Shown in pieces: positions 36,346 to 50,095 of a stretch of 64,000 bases of DNA (position 1 is the first letter of the stretch; each line of letters starts with the position of its first letter). Source of the DNA: Squalus acanthias (Eukaryota). The position numbers and the translations under genes are program-made. The notes beneath the pieces were generated by a model. It was given only the letters and a program-made list of their open reading frames with translations, was not told where the DNA came from and did not search any database. The stretch spans positions 120,034,001-120,098,000 of the forward strand of contig CM059432.1 of the NCBI GenBank assembly GCA_030390025.1. The letters run 5' to 3'.

Positions 36346-37506
36346 AACAATTACTTCCAAGCTTTGTTATTTGTTTTCCCACTAAAACTGTTAATATGCA
36401 AATTGTCTCCAAAGGCAATTCTTAGGTTCTTACGTAAGGCAACAATGTGTTACAGCACACATTGTGACAAAGGTGCAAAACAAGAGCTTTCCATTGTTTA
36501 ATGTAACATTTTTTTTGTAATTACAATAAAGAGTGTTAAAAAAATAAGACAGATGCACAGCGAATCATTATACGCTTTTTTTAAAGTTTCTCGACTAACA
36601 AAATTAACTTCTCATTCCAAAAAAAAATACATTGTAGTTAGGAATCGACAGTCATTGATGAAAATTATATTCAACATTTTTATTGCTATAGTTATGACAT
36701 AACTGTATACACCATCCAAATTTTAACCTATCATTTAACCATTGATTAATGTATAAACTGGCTTGCAAAATGAGACAAAATTGGCCTGTTAATAGGGGAG
36801 GGATAGAAGAGAAAGTTGGGAGGAAATGAAGTAAAAGAATTCTATAAAACACAAAGTAAATCCAAAAAGTAGATTGTTTTCAAATGTGTGTATCCTTGAA
36901 TTCAATAGCATCATTATCTCTCAGTCTGAGTGGGTCATGCGCTGCAGTGACAGCAGCGGAGCTAACTTTATGAAACACCTTCATACAGAAACATTGATAT
37001 CAAAAGTTGATTTTTATCTTCAGTGGTGTTTTTTAATGATGTGAGAAAATCACTCTGATTCGAATCAGCTATCCCTGCAGAGGAAGGACAATACCAATAA
37101 TCTTTTCATCAGTTGCCTGCTGGATTTCGGGATGACTTGAATCATTTACAAAGTGAAGCAATTTTATGATATCTCACAAAATGAGACGCACTGGATTTTC
37201 TTTTTCATTGGTACAATTATATCTCAGAGGAGACTGGCTAGCTGGTCAGTACGTTGAACCACTACACTTTCACCTTTATAACCTGCATTCAAACCCAACT
37301 GAAGCGGATGGGGTGAATGTTTCTTCCTCTAGCGGCTGTGAGGCATTTATGTCTCAAATAAACTGTCCACAAATTGGCAATAACATTCAAAAGTCTTAAG
37401 GATGGCTGGTGCCAGTATTGTTCACTAGGATGTTAATATGGATGATGGGTTACAGTTACGAAGAGCGAGTTGAGAAGCTGGGCCTTCTTTCATGAGAGCT
37501 GCGAAG

Positions 37507-37963
37507 GTGTCAGCCTTGGCTCAGTGGTAGCACTCTTGCCTCTGAGTCAGAAGGCCGTGGGTTCAAACCCCACTCCAGGAATGAGAACATAATTTAGGCT
37601 GGCACTTCGGTGCAGTACTGAAGTGAGTGCTGCATTGTCAGAGATGTCGTCTTTCAGATGAGTGGTTAAACTAAGGTCCCATCTGCCCTCGCAGGCGGCA
37701 CATCCCATGGCACTATTTGAAGAAGAGCAGGAAGAGTTCTCCTGATGTTCTAGCCAACATTTATCTCTGAACCAACACCACTAAAACAGATTATCTGGTC
37801 ATTTATCTCATTGCTGATGGTGGGACCTTGTTGTGTTCAAATTGGCTGCTGTGTTTTCCTACATTATAACAATGACCAAACCTCAAAAAGTACTTCATTG
37901 GCTGTGAAGCGTTTTGGGATGTCCTGAGGTTGTGAAAGGCGTTATATGAATGTAAGTTCTTTC
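37507..37963 (+). mobile_element. tRNA-derived Deu-domain SINE inserted in a decayed CR1 3' fragment (about 37430-38310)
   Basis: A box tggctcagtgg, B box ggttcaaaccc; colinear with 30593-31060. Confidence 0.85.
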
Positions 37964-39040
37964 TCAAAGAGGTGAGCTGATAGAGGTCTTCAAGATTATG
38001 ATAAGAAGGTAAGTGATAGATTGTTCCACTACTTGGTGAGGTGTAATAAGAGGGCACAAATTCACTTAATGGTGAAAAGAATTAAAGGGATTAGAAAAAT
38101 AATCTTTACACCGATGGTGGTTATTAAAAACCATGTTGAAACAGAGTCCATAAATTTGTTTAAAAAATAATCAGATCATTGCTTGAAAAAGAAGGATATT
38201 AAAGAGAGTAAGTTGGAAAGTAGGATTAGACTAGGTGCCTCATAGGATAAACAGAAGTGCAGACTTAATGGGCCAAGTGGTCTGTTTCTGTGCTATAAGA
38301 TTCTATAATTCTAAGTAGAAAAATTCACGTTGATCTAGTTTAGGGTATGATTCTGAGTTTGGTGTTTAGACATATTGGTGGGGTAGCAAATGCAATTCCT
38401 GACCTGATACTGACCTTGACACTAACTGAAAAAAGTGGAACAGTGTTTTCAATATCTAACACATAATTCTCCCACTAAGCACAGAAATTAATCAAAATAT
38501 AAATCGAAATGATAATAAAATGGCTAGAAAAGAATCTGGAAATGGAAGGGGAGGATCCAGTTGTTGTGCTCCATGCTGGAACCAACAACATAGGAAAGAT
38601 AAGGGAAGAGGTTCTGCTAAGGGAGTATCAGGAGGTAGGCGCTAAATTGAAAAGCAGGACCTCACGAGTAATAATCTTGGGGTTATTACCTGAGCCACCT
38701 GCAAATTGGCATGGGGCAAACACATTAGGAAAGTTAACACGCGGCTAAAGGAGTGGTGTGGGAAGGAGGTGTTCCATTTCATGGGACACTGGCACCAGTA
38801 CTAGGACTGGAAGGAGCTGTAACGTTGGGACGGGCTGCACCTGAAACGGAATGGGACCAATATCCTAGCGGAAAGGATAACTAGAGCTGTAAATAAAACT
38901 TTAAACTAATAACATGGGGGGAGGGAACCCCTAGAAATTACAGAACCCTAACAATAAAAGAATTGGGAAAAGAGAGTAAAGGACAAACTAAAGGAAGAAT
39001 TAAGGATAACATGAATGGCCAGAGATCGGATAAAGTCAAA

Positions 39041-39875
39041 GGGCTGGATTTTCTCAGCCCCGAGGAGGCGGGCATGGAGGCGGGACTGCCGGTAAAGTTG
39101 CAGAAATTGGGGGTGAATGGCAAACCCACCCCCATCTCATCTCCGTGCCCTTTTGCCAGGAGGCGGGAAGATGTGCTGCTTCAGGTCCCGTCTCCTCGAG
39201 ACGGGAAAGGGATTAAATCCTTTTAACTGCCTGTTAACAGGTAGAAAAAAAGGATTAGTCCCATTTTACCTTTTTAGGTGAAGGCTTCCCGACCTCGGAG
39301 AATCCCGCCGGGTTGGAGGAGACATGAAAGAGGTCTGCGGGGGTCGGAGGGACCTGAAAGTAAGATGTAGAGGTGAGTGATGGGTGCAAGTGTGGAGTGG
39401 TAAGTATGTAAGGTGAGTGTTAATTGTTAAAAAATGTTCACTTACCTTGGTTTCTGCCTACAGCCTTCATCCGCTCTGGATTGGGAGTCCCGACATCTTC
39501 CTTGTCGATTTCACAGACTAGCTGTTGGATCCTCCGAACCAACAGCCATCTGAAATCTACAAAGTTGAACGGTTTGATGAGTCCTGAACACAAGGGCTCA
39601 TCAAACTACAGAGAATGTCAGTGTTTGACAGCTTCACAGAGCTGTCAAACGCTGACATTTCTTCTTTCAAGAAGTCTTGACCGATAGCACATCAGACGTT
39701 GACGTGCTCTGTCAGTGACTTCCCCCTAGTTGGTCTGCTAAGCCCGCAGGGCGAGCTTAACAAGGTCAATCAGGAGAAAATCCCGCTGGTTGGCCAGAAG
39801 ATGATGGAGGCGGGACATAGACCCGACAAGCAGCAGTCCCGCCTCCAACTCGTCTCCATTGAGAAAACCCAGCCC
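39041..39875. mobile_element. Non-autonomous Harbinger-type element
   Basis: TIRs GGGCTGGATTTTCTCA / GGGCTGGGTTTTCTCA; flanks aaa / aag. Confidence 0.8.
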
Positions 39876-40440
39876 AAGGAGCATAAAGATAAAGTAATTA
39901 CTAAAAACAAAGAGAGGAATAATAAATAAAAACTATTTAAACTGTTGGTACAGCAATGCACGCAGTATTCAAAACAAAATGGATGAACTGGAGGCAATAA
40001 TTTGTAGAGAGGATCCAGATATAGTAGGGATGACTGAAACATGGCTACATAGAGAAAATATTGGCAACTAAATATTGCAAGATATAACACATTTAGGAAG
40101 GAAAGGGGCAGTGGAGTAGCTGCACTAGTTAAAGATAACATAATGGCAGTAGAAAAAAAGAATGTAACTAGTAGTAAGATAGATACAGAATCCATATGGA
40201 TTGAGTTAAAAGATAAGAAGGGATCCATCACCTGAATAGAGGTATACTATAGATCACCAAATAGTGGAAGGAAATTGGAAGAAGAAATACGTGGGCAAAT
40301 CTATGAGGTGAGTAGCAGGCATAGAATAATAATCATGGTAGATTTCAAATACCCACAAATAAACCACCAGGAAGAAATAGCAAAGGGAGAAAAGAGAATT
40401 GAGTTTTTACAGTGTATACACGACTCCTTTCTCACTTAGT

Positions 40441-40577
40441 GGGGGGAATTTTAACCCACAAAAACGGGTGGGTTGGGGTCGGGTGGGAGGTTAAAGTGTT
40501 AAAAATCTGAATCCCGACCCCAACCCACCTCCAACCCACCCACTTCCGGTTTTAACTTCCAAGTTAAAATTTCAGCC
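40441..40577. mobile_element. Very short Harbinger-type MITE
   Basis: Ends GGGGGGAATTTTAAC / GGCTGAAATTTTAAC (revcomp); TSD agt; removal restores the CR1 frame context. Confidence 0.7.
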
Positions 40578-40711
40578 AGTATGTAAGAAGTCCAGCAAGA
40601 AAAGAATCGCTGCTGGATCTTTGTAATGGGTAATGAACCAGAACAGAGAGGAGAAGTAAGAATAGGAGAATATCTTAGTCATAGTGATCTCAGCAGAGTA
40701 AGGTTCAAGAT

Positions 40712-41043
40712 TCGTCAACTCGCCAAGGCTTCTTCAGCAGCACCTCCCAAACCTGCGACCTCTACCACCTAGAAGGACAAGGGTAGCAGGTGCATTGAAA
40801 CACCACCACATCCAAGTTCCCCTCCAAGTCACACACCATCCTGACTTGGAAATATATCGCTGTTCATTCATTGTCGCTGGATCAAAATTCCTACCTAACA
40901 GCACTGTGGGAGTACCTTCACCACACGGACAGCAGCGGTTCAAGAAGGCGGCTCACCACCACCTTCTCAAGGGCCATTAGGGATGGGCTATAGATGCTGG
41001 CCTTGCCAGCAATGCCCACATCCCAGGAACGAATAATAAAAAA
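40712..41043 (+). mobile_element. LINE 3' end fragment (partner tail of the SINE at 4110/8806)
   Basis: SFIVAGSK..LPNSTV...QQRFKKAAHHHLLKG remnant, short 3' UTR and A-rich end; aagatt on both flanks. Confidence 0.7.
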
Positions 41044-42003
41044 AGATTAAAATCGAGAGTGACATAAGTAGGAGAAAGATTGAGGTAATAGATTGGAAAA
41101 GAGCCAATTATGAGGAAATGTAAGTGGAATTAAAGAAGGTAAACTGGGAGAAAATCTTGAAAAACAAGGAGACAGAAAAACAGTGTGAAATCGTTAAACA
41201 ATCAATAGAGTTCAAGAGAAATGTATTCCAATAAAAGCCAACATCAAGCAAGCTAATTATGGGGCATGGTGGATGAATAAAGAACTAAAGGAAAAATTGA
41301 ATCTAAATAAAAAACATATAAGAAGTACTTAGATACTAAAGGAGAGGAGGACAAAAGGGAATCCAAGGAACCTAGGAGAGAAGTTAAAAAAAAATCCAAA
41401 AGGCAAAGAGAAATTACAAAATCAAATTATCAAGGAATATAAATAGAAATAATAAAGTGTCCTACAGACACATAAATAACAAAAGGAGAATTAAAGTAGG
41501 GATAGGGCCACTAAAGGATGAGCAAGATAATCTCTAGGTAATGACAGAGATCTGGTAGAAGTATTGAATAACCACTTCGCTTCAGTTTTTAATAAAAAAG
41601 ATAACGAAATAGACACTTTATTAAAGGATGAGCTTAAAAAGAATATTAATACAGTTGGGATAGAAAGGGAGAAACTAGCAAAATTAAAAGAGGATAAAAC
41701 CCAAGATTCGGATGGTATGCAGCCACGCATACTCAAGGATACTACGGAGGAGATAGAAGAGGCTCTAGTTTATTTATACAAAAGTTCCATAGAAGAGTGG
41801 GTTGTGCCAGAGGACTAGCAGACAGCTAATGTTGTTCCTATGTACAAAAAGGGAGATTGAACAAAACCTGGGAACTATAGACCAGTCAGCTTAACATCAG
41901 TGATAGGAAAGATATTGAAATCTATACTAAAAGAAGTGATAGGAGAGCATCTAGAGACAGAAAATATAATAACAATTAGTCAGCATGGATTCCGAAAGAC
42001 TAG

Positions 42004-42651
42004 GGGCTGGATTTTGATACTGGGGTGGGTTGGGGTCGTGTTATCCACTTTTCGTGTTATCCACCCGACTGCAATTGGATGTGGGAGATTGATGTGATTT
42101 TCACCTAATTGGGCAATTGAGTTCCAGCATGTGGGAACCCATGAACCAATTAGTGTTTTCAGTCTGAAAGTCGCCTCTGATGATATCATCATTGCTGCTG
42201 CATTGAAGGTCTTCAGAGACTGCCTGGCCTTTGCTGTGAGAGGACCTGGATGCAAGAGAGAGAGAGAGAGAGAGAGAGATGAGAGATGAGAGAGAAAGAG
42301 AGAGAGAGAGAGAGAGACCTTTGCTGTGAGAGGACCTGAAGGCAAAATAGTGGACCTGCAGCTGATAGTCAGCTTTCGAAATGTGTTACCGCCAGGTTTC
42401 ACATTCGTGGTTCAGAACAGGCGTGCTTCACATAGAACAAGGGTTAAAATCACAAAGGCCTTTCAAAATGGCATTATAGAGCCAATTTAGTGCTTGTTAA
42501 GGGCCTTCCACCTCTTAAAGGCGGGACGGAGTCGGGACCAGCAGACACGATTTAATGAAAATTGCGTGGAGGCGGGATGGAGCCAGTTTTCCAATTTTAA
42601 CCCCCCACACACCTCCAAACCCACCTCCACAGGTCAATGAAAATCCAGCCC
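42004..42651. mobile_element. Non-autonomous Harbinger-type element with internal (GA)n tract
   Basis: TIRs GGGCTGGATTTT at both ends; (GA)n at about 42255-42316, flanked by a duplicated cctttgctgtgagaggacctg. Confidence 0.75.
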
Positions 42652-42860
42652 AGAGTATCTCTTAACTAACCTGACAGAATTCTTTGAAGAGGTAATGGAA
42701 AGAGTAGACAAGGGTAATGTAGTAGATGTCATACACATGGATTTTTCAAAAGGCCTATGATAAGGTATCACACGGTAGGCTCATGACAAAATTTCAGGCA
42801 TTTGGAGTCAGGGGACAAATAGCTGACTGGATAGTAAATTGGCTAAAAAATAGAAAGCAG

Positions 42861-43452
42861 AGAACATACGAAATAGGAGCAGGAGTAGGCCATTTGGCCC
42901 TTTGCACCTGCTCCGCTATTCAATAAGATCATGGCTGATCTTCTACCTCATCTCCACTTTCCTGAACTTGCCCCATATCCCTTGATTCCCTTAATATTCA
43001 AAAATCTATCGATCTCTGTCTTGAATATACTCAACAACTGAGCCGCCACAGCCCTCTCGGGTACAGAATTCCAAAGATTCACCACCCTCTGAGTGAAGAA
43101 ATTTCTCCTCATCTCAGTCCTAAATGGCCGACCCCTTATTCTGAGACTGCGACCCCCGGTTCTAGACTCTCTAGCCAGGGGAAACATCCTCTCTGCATCT
43201 ACCCTGTCAAGCCCTGTAAGAATTTTGTATTTTTCAATGAGATCACCTCTCATTCTTCTAAACTCTAGAAAATATTGGCCTAATCTGCTCACTCTCTCCT
43301 CATAGGACAATCCCCCCATCCCAGGAACCAGTCTGGTGGACCTTTGTTGCACTCCCTCTATGGTAAGTATATCCTTCCTTAGGTAAGGAGACCAAAACTG
43401 TACAGAATACTCCAGGTGTGGTCTCACCAGGGCCCTATATAATTGCAGTAAG
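42861..43452 (-). mobile_element. 5'-truncated CR1 inserted antisense into the old CR1
   Basis: ORF 42948..43427 RPHLEYSVQFWSP...RRNFFTQRVVNLWNS. Confidence 0.85.
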
Positions 43453-44519
43453 AGAGTTAGGGTAAAGGGTAGTTATTCAGATTGGAGGAAAGTAGAATGC
43501 AGTGTTCCACAAGGATCAATGCTGGGACCACAGCTATTTATAATTTACATTAATAATTTGGACATAGAAACAAGTAACTCTATCAAAGTTTGCAGATGAT
43601 ACAAAACAGGGGGTATAGCTAACACTGAGGAAGAATGCAACAGAATACAAGAAGACATTAGAAAACTTGCGGTTAAGTGCCAAATTAACTTTAACATAAA
43701 TAAATGAGAGGTGTTTGGTAGGAAAAACAAAAACATCACCTACACCTTAGAAAATAAGAAACTGAATGGGGTAGAAGAGCAATGGGATCTAGGGATACAG
43801 GTGAACAAATCATTAAAAGCATCGCAGGTCAACAAAGCAATTACAAATGCTAACAAAGCACTGGGATTTATTTCTCGGGGTATAGAATTCAAAAGTAGTG
43901 ATGTTATGTTAAACTTGTAAAGGACCCTGGTCAGGGAGTACTGTGCACAGTTCTGGTCTCCATACTATAAAAAGGACATAGAAGCACTGGAGAAAGTGCA
44001 AAAAACATTTGCAAGCATGTTACCAGAACTGAGAAATTACTGCTATTGGGAAAGATTGAACAGGTCAGGGCTTTTTTCTTTAGAAAGGAGAAGACTCAGA
44101 GGTGACCTGAGAGAGGTCTTTAAAGTTATGAATGAGTTGGACAGGGTAGGTGTGGAATGTTTCCACTTGTGGGAGAATCCAAAACTAGAGGCTATAAATA
44201 CAGGATAGTTACTAATAAATCCAGCACGGAAATAAGGAGAAATGTCTTTACTCAGAGAATGGTTAGAATGTGGAACTCGCTACCACAGGAAGTGATTGAG
44301 GCAAATAGCTTAGATGCTTTCAAAAGGAAACCAGACAAGTACATGAGAGAAAAGGGATTAGGAAAATATGCTGAAAGACTGAGATGAGGTAGATGAAATG
44401 GGAAGAGACTCATGTGGAGTATAAACACCAGCACAGACTAGTTGGGCCTAATGGCCTGTTTCTGTGCTGTATATTGTGTGTAATTCTATATAAAAACAAA
44501 TTAGGCAACAGGTCATTTT

Positions 44520-45372
44520 TATAAAAACAGAAAATGCTGGAAATACACAGCAAGTCAGTCAGCATCTGTCGAGAGAAAAGACAGGTTATGATGTCTTGAG
44601 TGTGCACTCTCATCAGGAATGAAGACTATAAAAAAAGCAGACATTTTAGCAAGGTGGGAAAAAAAGTCAAAAAGGGGCGATGGAAAGATTCAACAGTTAT
44701 GCCAATCGTAGAGAGGAAGTTAATGGGTTCAGTGACCTACAAATTTAATAGAAGAGTGCCAAATGTGATAAAAGATCAGCAATCAAGTGATGGAGCAACA
44801 TGAAAAGGACAAAAAGTATACATTGGCAGACAATGAAAAGACATGGGTAAGGACCACACCAATAAAAAGATGAGAAAATGGGAGAAAAAAGAAGAAAGAA
44901 AATGAAAAGTTACCTATTAATGCAGCTTATCTGAAATTAAAACAAATACTTGCAAAACACAATGGGATGCACTTTGAAATCAATAGGATGAAAATCGGAT
45001 GGGTTCTACAATGAACAGGCAACCTATTCCACCAAATTACTGCCCATGCAATGAAAATAAAAATTTCCCCCAACTGTTCCTCCAGTCCTGAGAAGAGTCA
45101 AAATTGTGCAACACCACAAGCTCAGAGCCTCTGCCAGCATTGTGTTCTGCTGAAGGGCCTCCACCCCAAACATCAACCTGCCTCTCCTCACCCCATACAC
45201 TGACCAACCCACCCCAAATCACAAGCATCCCTGCTGTAAAGAAAATGGAAAGATATAGCTAAGTTCTGAAGTTACGATGATCAATGTTCAGACCAGAGGG
45301 CTGCAGAGTGCCCAGCAGAAAGATGTGATACTGTTCTTGAAGGTTTTTTTGAACTTTGTGAGAGCAGTGCAA
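44520..45372 (-). mobile_element. Decayed Penelope-like element (continues at about 49595-49880 after the CR1 insertion)
   Basis: pLTR-like motif at 44520-44620; 45260-45372 and 49595-49740 are colinear with 23440-23668. Confidence 0.55.
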
Positions 45373-45624
45373 GTCAGCAGAGAGTGCTGTGAGTTTGGGT
45401 AAGTGGGAGTAGTTCTTTAATTGTTAGTTCTCTTTAAATCATTCTTGATAAGAGTACTTAAGCAGTTTAAGTGAAGGGGAAAAGTTAACTATTTGGGATT
45501 CTGTTGGTTTAAGAAGAGTAAAACAAGGTTACACTGCAGTAGCAGTAAATTGGCACAGCAGGCAGTGGAAACCAGTTTTCTAATCAATCAGCAGGGGTCA
45601 AAGTAAGAGGGCGGGGCCAATTCA

Positions 45625-46512
45625 TTGGTACCCGTATATAGGTGGAGCTGTGTGTGCAGGAAGCGCGTCCAGCTGCAGCTCCTGACGGACCGCATGGCGG
45701 CACTGGAGCTGCGGATGGACTCACTCTGGAGCATCCACGATGCCGAGAACTTTGTGGATTACTCATTTAGTGAGTTGAACACACCGCAGGTAAAGGCTAG
45801 GTCAGACAGTAAATGGGTGACCAAGAGGCAGGGCAATATCAGGAAGGTAGTGCAGGAGTCCCCTGCGGCCGTCTCCCTCCAAAACAGATATACCGTTTTG
45901 GATGCTGTTGGGGGAAATGACCTACCAGGGGAAGGCACCAGCAGCCAGGTTCATGGCACCATGGCTGGCTCTGCTGCACAGCAGGGCGGGAAAAAGAGTG
46001 GTAGAGCTATAGTGATAGGGGACTCAATTGTAAGGGGAATAGACAGGAGTTTCTGTGGCCGCAACCGAGATTCCAGGATGGTATGATGCCTCCCTGGTGC
46101 AAGGGTCAAGGATGTCTCGGAGCGGCTGCAGAACATTCTGGAAAGGGAGGGTGAAGAGCCAGCTGTCGTGGTGCATGTAGGTACCAACGATATAGGTAAA
46201 AAGCGGGAAGAGGTCCTATAAGCAGAATTTAGGGAGCTAGGAGCTAAATTGAAAAGTAGGACCTCAAAGGTAGTAATCTCTGGGTTGCTACCAGTGCCAC
46301 GTGCTAATCAGAGTAGCATGAACAGGATAGTGAGATTAAATACATGGCTTGAGCAGTGGTGCAGGAGGGAGGGATTCAAATACCTGAGGCATTGGAACCA
46401 GTTCTGGGGGAAGTGGGACCTGTACAAAAGGGATGGTCTGCACTTGGGCAGGAGTGGAACCGATGTCCTCGGGGTAATATTTGCTAAGGCAGTTCGGGAG
46501 GATTTAAACTAA
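45625..46512 (+). pseudogene. CR1 ORF1 (coiled coil + SGNH esterase) with in-frame stops
   Basis: ORFs 45625..46086 and 46249..46512 share one frame; VIGDSIVRG, GTND and DGLHL motifs. Confidence 0.85.
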
Positions 46513-46559
46513 TATGGCAGGGGAATGGGAACCTATGTAGCGAAACAGGGGGAAGTAAT

Positions 46560-49496
46560 ATGCAGTCAGAAACAAATGTTAGAAGGGTGAGAAACAATAA
46601 GGGAAATCCGAGTAAACAAAGGCAAGAAACACAAAGGGCCATACTAAATCATAAGTCTAAAAGGACAAAGGGTGTTAATAAAACAAGCCTAAAGGCTCTG
46701 TGTCTTAATGCAAGGAGTATCCGTAATAAGATGGATGAATTGACTGTGCAAATTGATGTTAACGGATATGATGTGATTGGGATTACAGAGACGTGGCTCC
46801 AGAACAATCAAGGCTTGGAACTGAATATCCAGGGGTATTCAACATTCAGGAAGGATAGAATAAAAGGAAAAGGTGGTGGGGTAGCATTGCTGATTAAAAA
46901 GGAGATTAATGCAAGAGCTAGGAAGGACATTAGCTTGGAGGATGTGGAATCAATATGGGTTGAGCTGCAGAACACCAAAGGGCAGAAAACATTAGTGGGG
47001 GTTGTGTACAGACCTCCAAACAGTAGTAGTGAGGTGGGGGAGGGTGTGAAACAGGAAATCAGAGGTGCATGCAAAAAAGGTGCAGCAGTTATCATGGGTG
47101 ACTTTAATATGCATATAGATTGGGCTACTCAAACTGGAAGCAATACGGTGGAGGAGGATTTCCTGGAGTGTTTAAGGGATGGTTTCCTAAACCAATATGT
47201 TGAGGAACCAACTAGAGGGGAGGCCATCCTGGACTGGGTGTTGTGTAATGAGGAAGGACTAATCAGCAATCTTGTGGTGCGAGGCCCCTTGGGGAAGAGT
47301 GACCATAGTATGGTGGAGTTCTACATTAGGATGGAGAAGGAAACAGTTAATTCAGAGACCATGGTCCAGAACTTAAATAAGGGCAACTTTGAGGGTATGA
47401 GGCATGAATTGGTGAGGTTAGATTGGCAAGCGATATTTAAGGGGTTATCAGTGGAAGGGCAATGGCAGACATTTAGAGATCGCATGGATGAACTACAGCA
47501 ATTGTACATCCCTGTCTGGCATAAAAATAAAAAAGGGAAGGTGACTCAACCATGGCTAACAAGGGAAATCAGGGATAGTATTAAAAGCAAGGAAGTGGCA
47601 TACAAATTGGCCAGAAGTAGCAGCAAACCCGGGGACTGGGAGAACTTTAAAACTCAGCAGAGGAGGACGAAGGGTTTGATTAGGGCAGGGAAAATAAAAT
47701 ATGAAAGGAAGCTTGCGGAGAACATTAAAACGGACTGCAAAAGCTTCTATAAATATGTAAAAAGAAAGAGATTAGTAAAAACAAACGTAGGTCCCCTGCA
47801 GTCAGAAACAGGGGAAGTCATAATGGGGAACAAAGAAATGGCAGATCAATTGAACAAGTACTTTGGTTCGGTGTTTACTGTGGAGGACACAAACAACCTT
47901 CCGGAAATAAAAGAGATCAAAGGATCTGGTAAGAGGGAGGAGCTGAGGGAAATCCTTATCAGTCGGGAAAAGGTGTTGGGGAAATTGATGGGACTGAAGG
48001 CTGATAAATCCCCAGGGCCTGATGGTCTGCATCCCAGAGTACTTAAGGAGGTGGCCTTGGAAATAGTGGATGCATTGACGATCATTTTCCAACATTCCTT
48101 AGACTCTGGATCAGTTCCAAAGGAGTGGAGGGTGGCTAATGTAACCCCTCTTTTTAAAAAAGGAGGGAGGGAGAAAGCAGGGAATTATAGACCGGTCAGC
48201 CTGACATCGGTGGTGGGTAAAATGATGGAATCAATTATTAAAGATGTCATAACAGACCATTTGGAAAGTGGCGACATGATAGGTCCAAGTCAGCATGGAT
48301 TTGTGAAAGGGAAATCATGCTTGACAAATCTTCTGGAATTTTTTTAGGATGTTTCCAATAGGGTGGACGGGGGGGAACCAGTAGATGTGGTGTATTTGGA
48401 CTTTCAGAAGGCCTTCGACAAGGTCCCACACAAGAGATTGGTGTGCAAAGTTAAAGCACATGGGATTGGGGATAATGTGTTGACGTGGATTGAGAACTGG
48501 TTTGCACACAGGAAACAAAGAGTAGGAGTAAATGGGTACTTTTCAGAATGGCAGGCAGTGACCAGCGGGGTACCGCAGGGTTCGGTGCTGGGGCTCCAGC
48601 TGTTTACATTATATATTAATGATTTGGACGAAGGGATTAATTGTAATATCTCCAAATTTGCGGATGACACCTAATTGGGAGGCAGTGTGAACAATGAGGA
48701 GGATGCTAGGAGGCTACAGAGTGACTTGGACAGGTTGGGTGAATGGGCAAATGTATGGCAGATGAAGTACAATGTGGATAAATGTGAGGTTATCCACTTT
48801 GGTGGTAAAAATAGGGAGGCAGACTATTACCTGAATGGTGGCAGATTAGGGAAAGGGGAGGTGCAACGAGACCTGGGCGTCATGGTACATCAGTCACTGA
48901 AGGTGGGAAGGCAAGTGCAGCAGGCAGTCAAGAAAGCAAATGGCATGATGGCCTTCATAGCAAGGGGATTTGAGTACAGGAGTAGGGAGGTGATGCTACA
49001 GTTGTACAGGGCCTTGGTGAGGCCACACCTGGAGTATTGTGTGCAGTTTTGGTCTCCTAACTTGAGGAAGGACATTCTTGCTATTGAGGGAGTGCAACGA
49101 AGGTTCACTAGATTGATTCCTGGGATGGCCAGACTGACATATCAAGAAAGACTGGATCAACTGAACTTGTATCCTCTGGAGTTCAGAAGAATGAGGGGGG
49201 ATCTTATAGAGACGTTTAAAATCCTGACTGGTTTAGACAAATTAGATGCGGGCAGAATGTTTCCAATGTTAGGGAAAACTAAAACCAGGGGTCACAGTCT
49301 AAGGATAAAGGGGAAGCCATTTAAGACTGAGATAAGGAGGAACTTCTTCACCCAGAGAGTGGTGAATCTGTGGAATTCTCTACCACAGAAGGTTGTTGAG
49401 GCCAGTTCGCTAAATATATTCAAAAGGGAGTTAGATATAATACTCACAACTAGGGGGATCAAGGGGTATGGCGAGAAAGCAGGAATGGGGTACTGA
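46560..49496 (+). pseudogene. CR1 ORF2 (EN + RT) with two premature stops, no frameshift
   Basis: ORFs 46560..48347, 48363..48674 and 48675..49496 are in one frame; stops TAG at 48345 and TAA at 48672. Confidence 0.92.
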
Positions 49497-49993
49497 AGTA
49501 GCATGTTCAGCCATGAACGCATTAAATGGCGGTGCAGGCTCGAAGGACCGAATGGTCTACTCCTGCACCTATTTTCTATGTCTATGTCTATGTCTAGTGT
49601 CAGAGACCGAAGATGAAGAGGTCAGAGTGAGAATGGGAGGGGGAGTTAACAGGGCAAGATACAGGAAGCCAGGGTCATACATGCAGACAGAACAGAGAGT
49701 GCAATTCAGTGAAGCAGTCATCTAATCTACATTTTCTCTCCGAGGGTAGAGGAAATTATGCCATGAGCAGTGAATGGAGTGCACCTTATTAGAGGAAGTA
49801 CAAGTGTATTGCTTTCAAACGGAAGGAATGTCTGGGGCCTTGAACATTAGTGTGGGAGGAGGTGTTGCATCTCCTGCCTTGTCAATGTATTTTTCCATTT
49901 TTAGTCAGGATATATTTTAACCACTAGTAACATCTTCTTCACAGGTGTTTCCCAAATAGAACAATAAAGTAGGTTTAATTTATGGTTTGGAGA

Positions 49994-50075
49994 AAGAAAG
50001 ACTTGCATTTATATAGCACCCTTCACAACATCAGGACGTCCCAAAGCGCTTTACAGCCAATGGAGGTAACTTGAG
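49994..50075 (-). mobile_element. Deu-SINE 3' tail fragment
   Basis: aaagaaagacttgcatttatatagc...cccaaagcgctttacagccaatg is the reverse complement of the SINE tail. Confidence 0.65.
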
Positions 50076-50095
50076 ACTTGCCCTTATTACACATG

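Larger units (their letters stand above)
38515..44490 (+). mobile_element. Old, heavily interrupted near-full-length CR1 (ORF1 esterase remnant through 3' UTR)
   Basis: VVVLHAGTNNIG in ORF 38509..38748, EN remnants at 39930-40700, RT remnants at 41560-44390 and 3' UTR ending about 44490. Confidence 0.8.
45373..49594 (+). mobile_element. Full-length CR1 LINE (second subfamily), inactivated by nonsense mutations
   Basis: 5' UTR, ORF1, ORF2, 3' UTR and (CTATGT)n tail. Confidence 0.93.
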
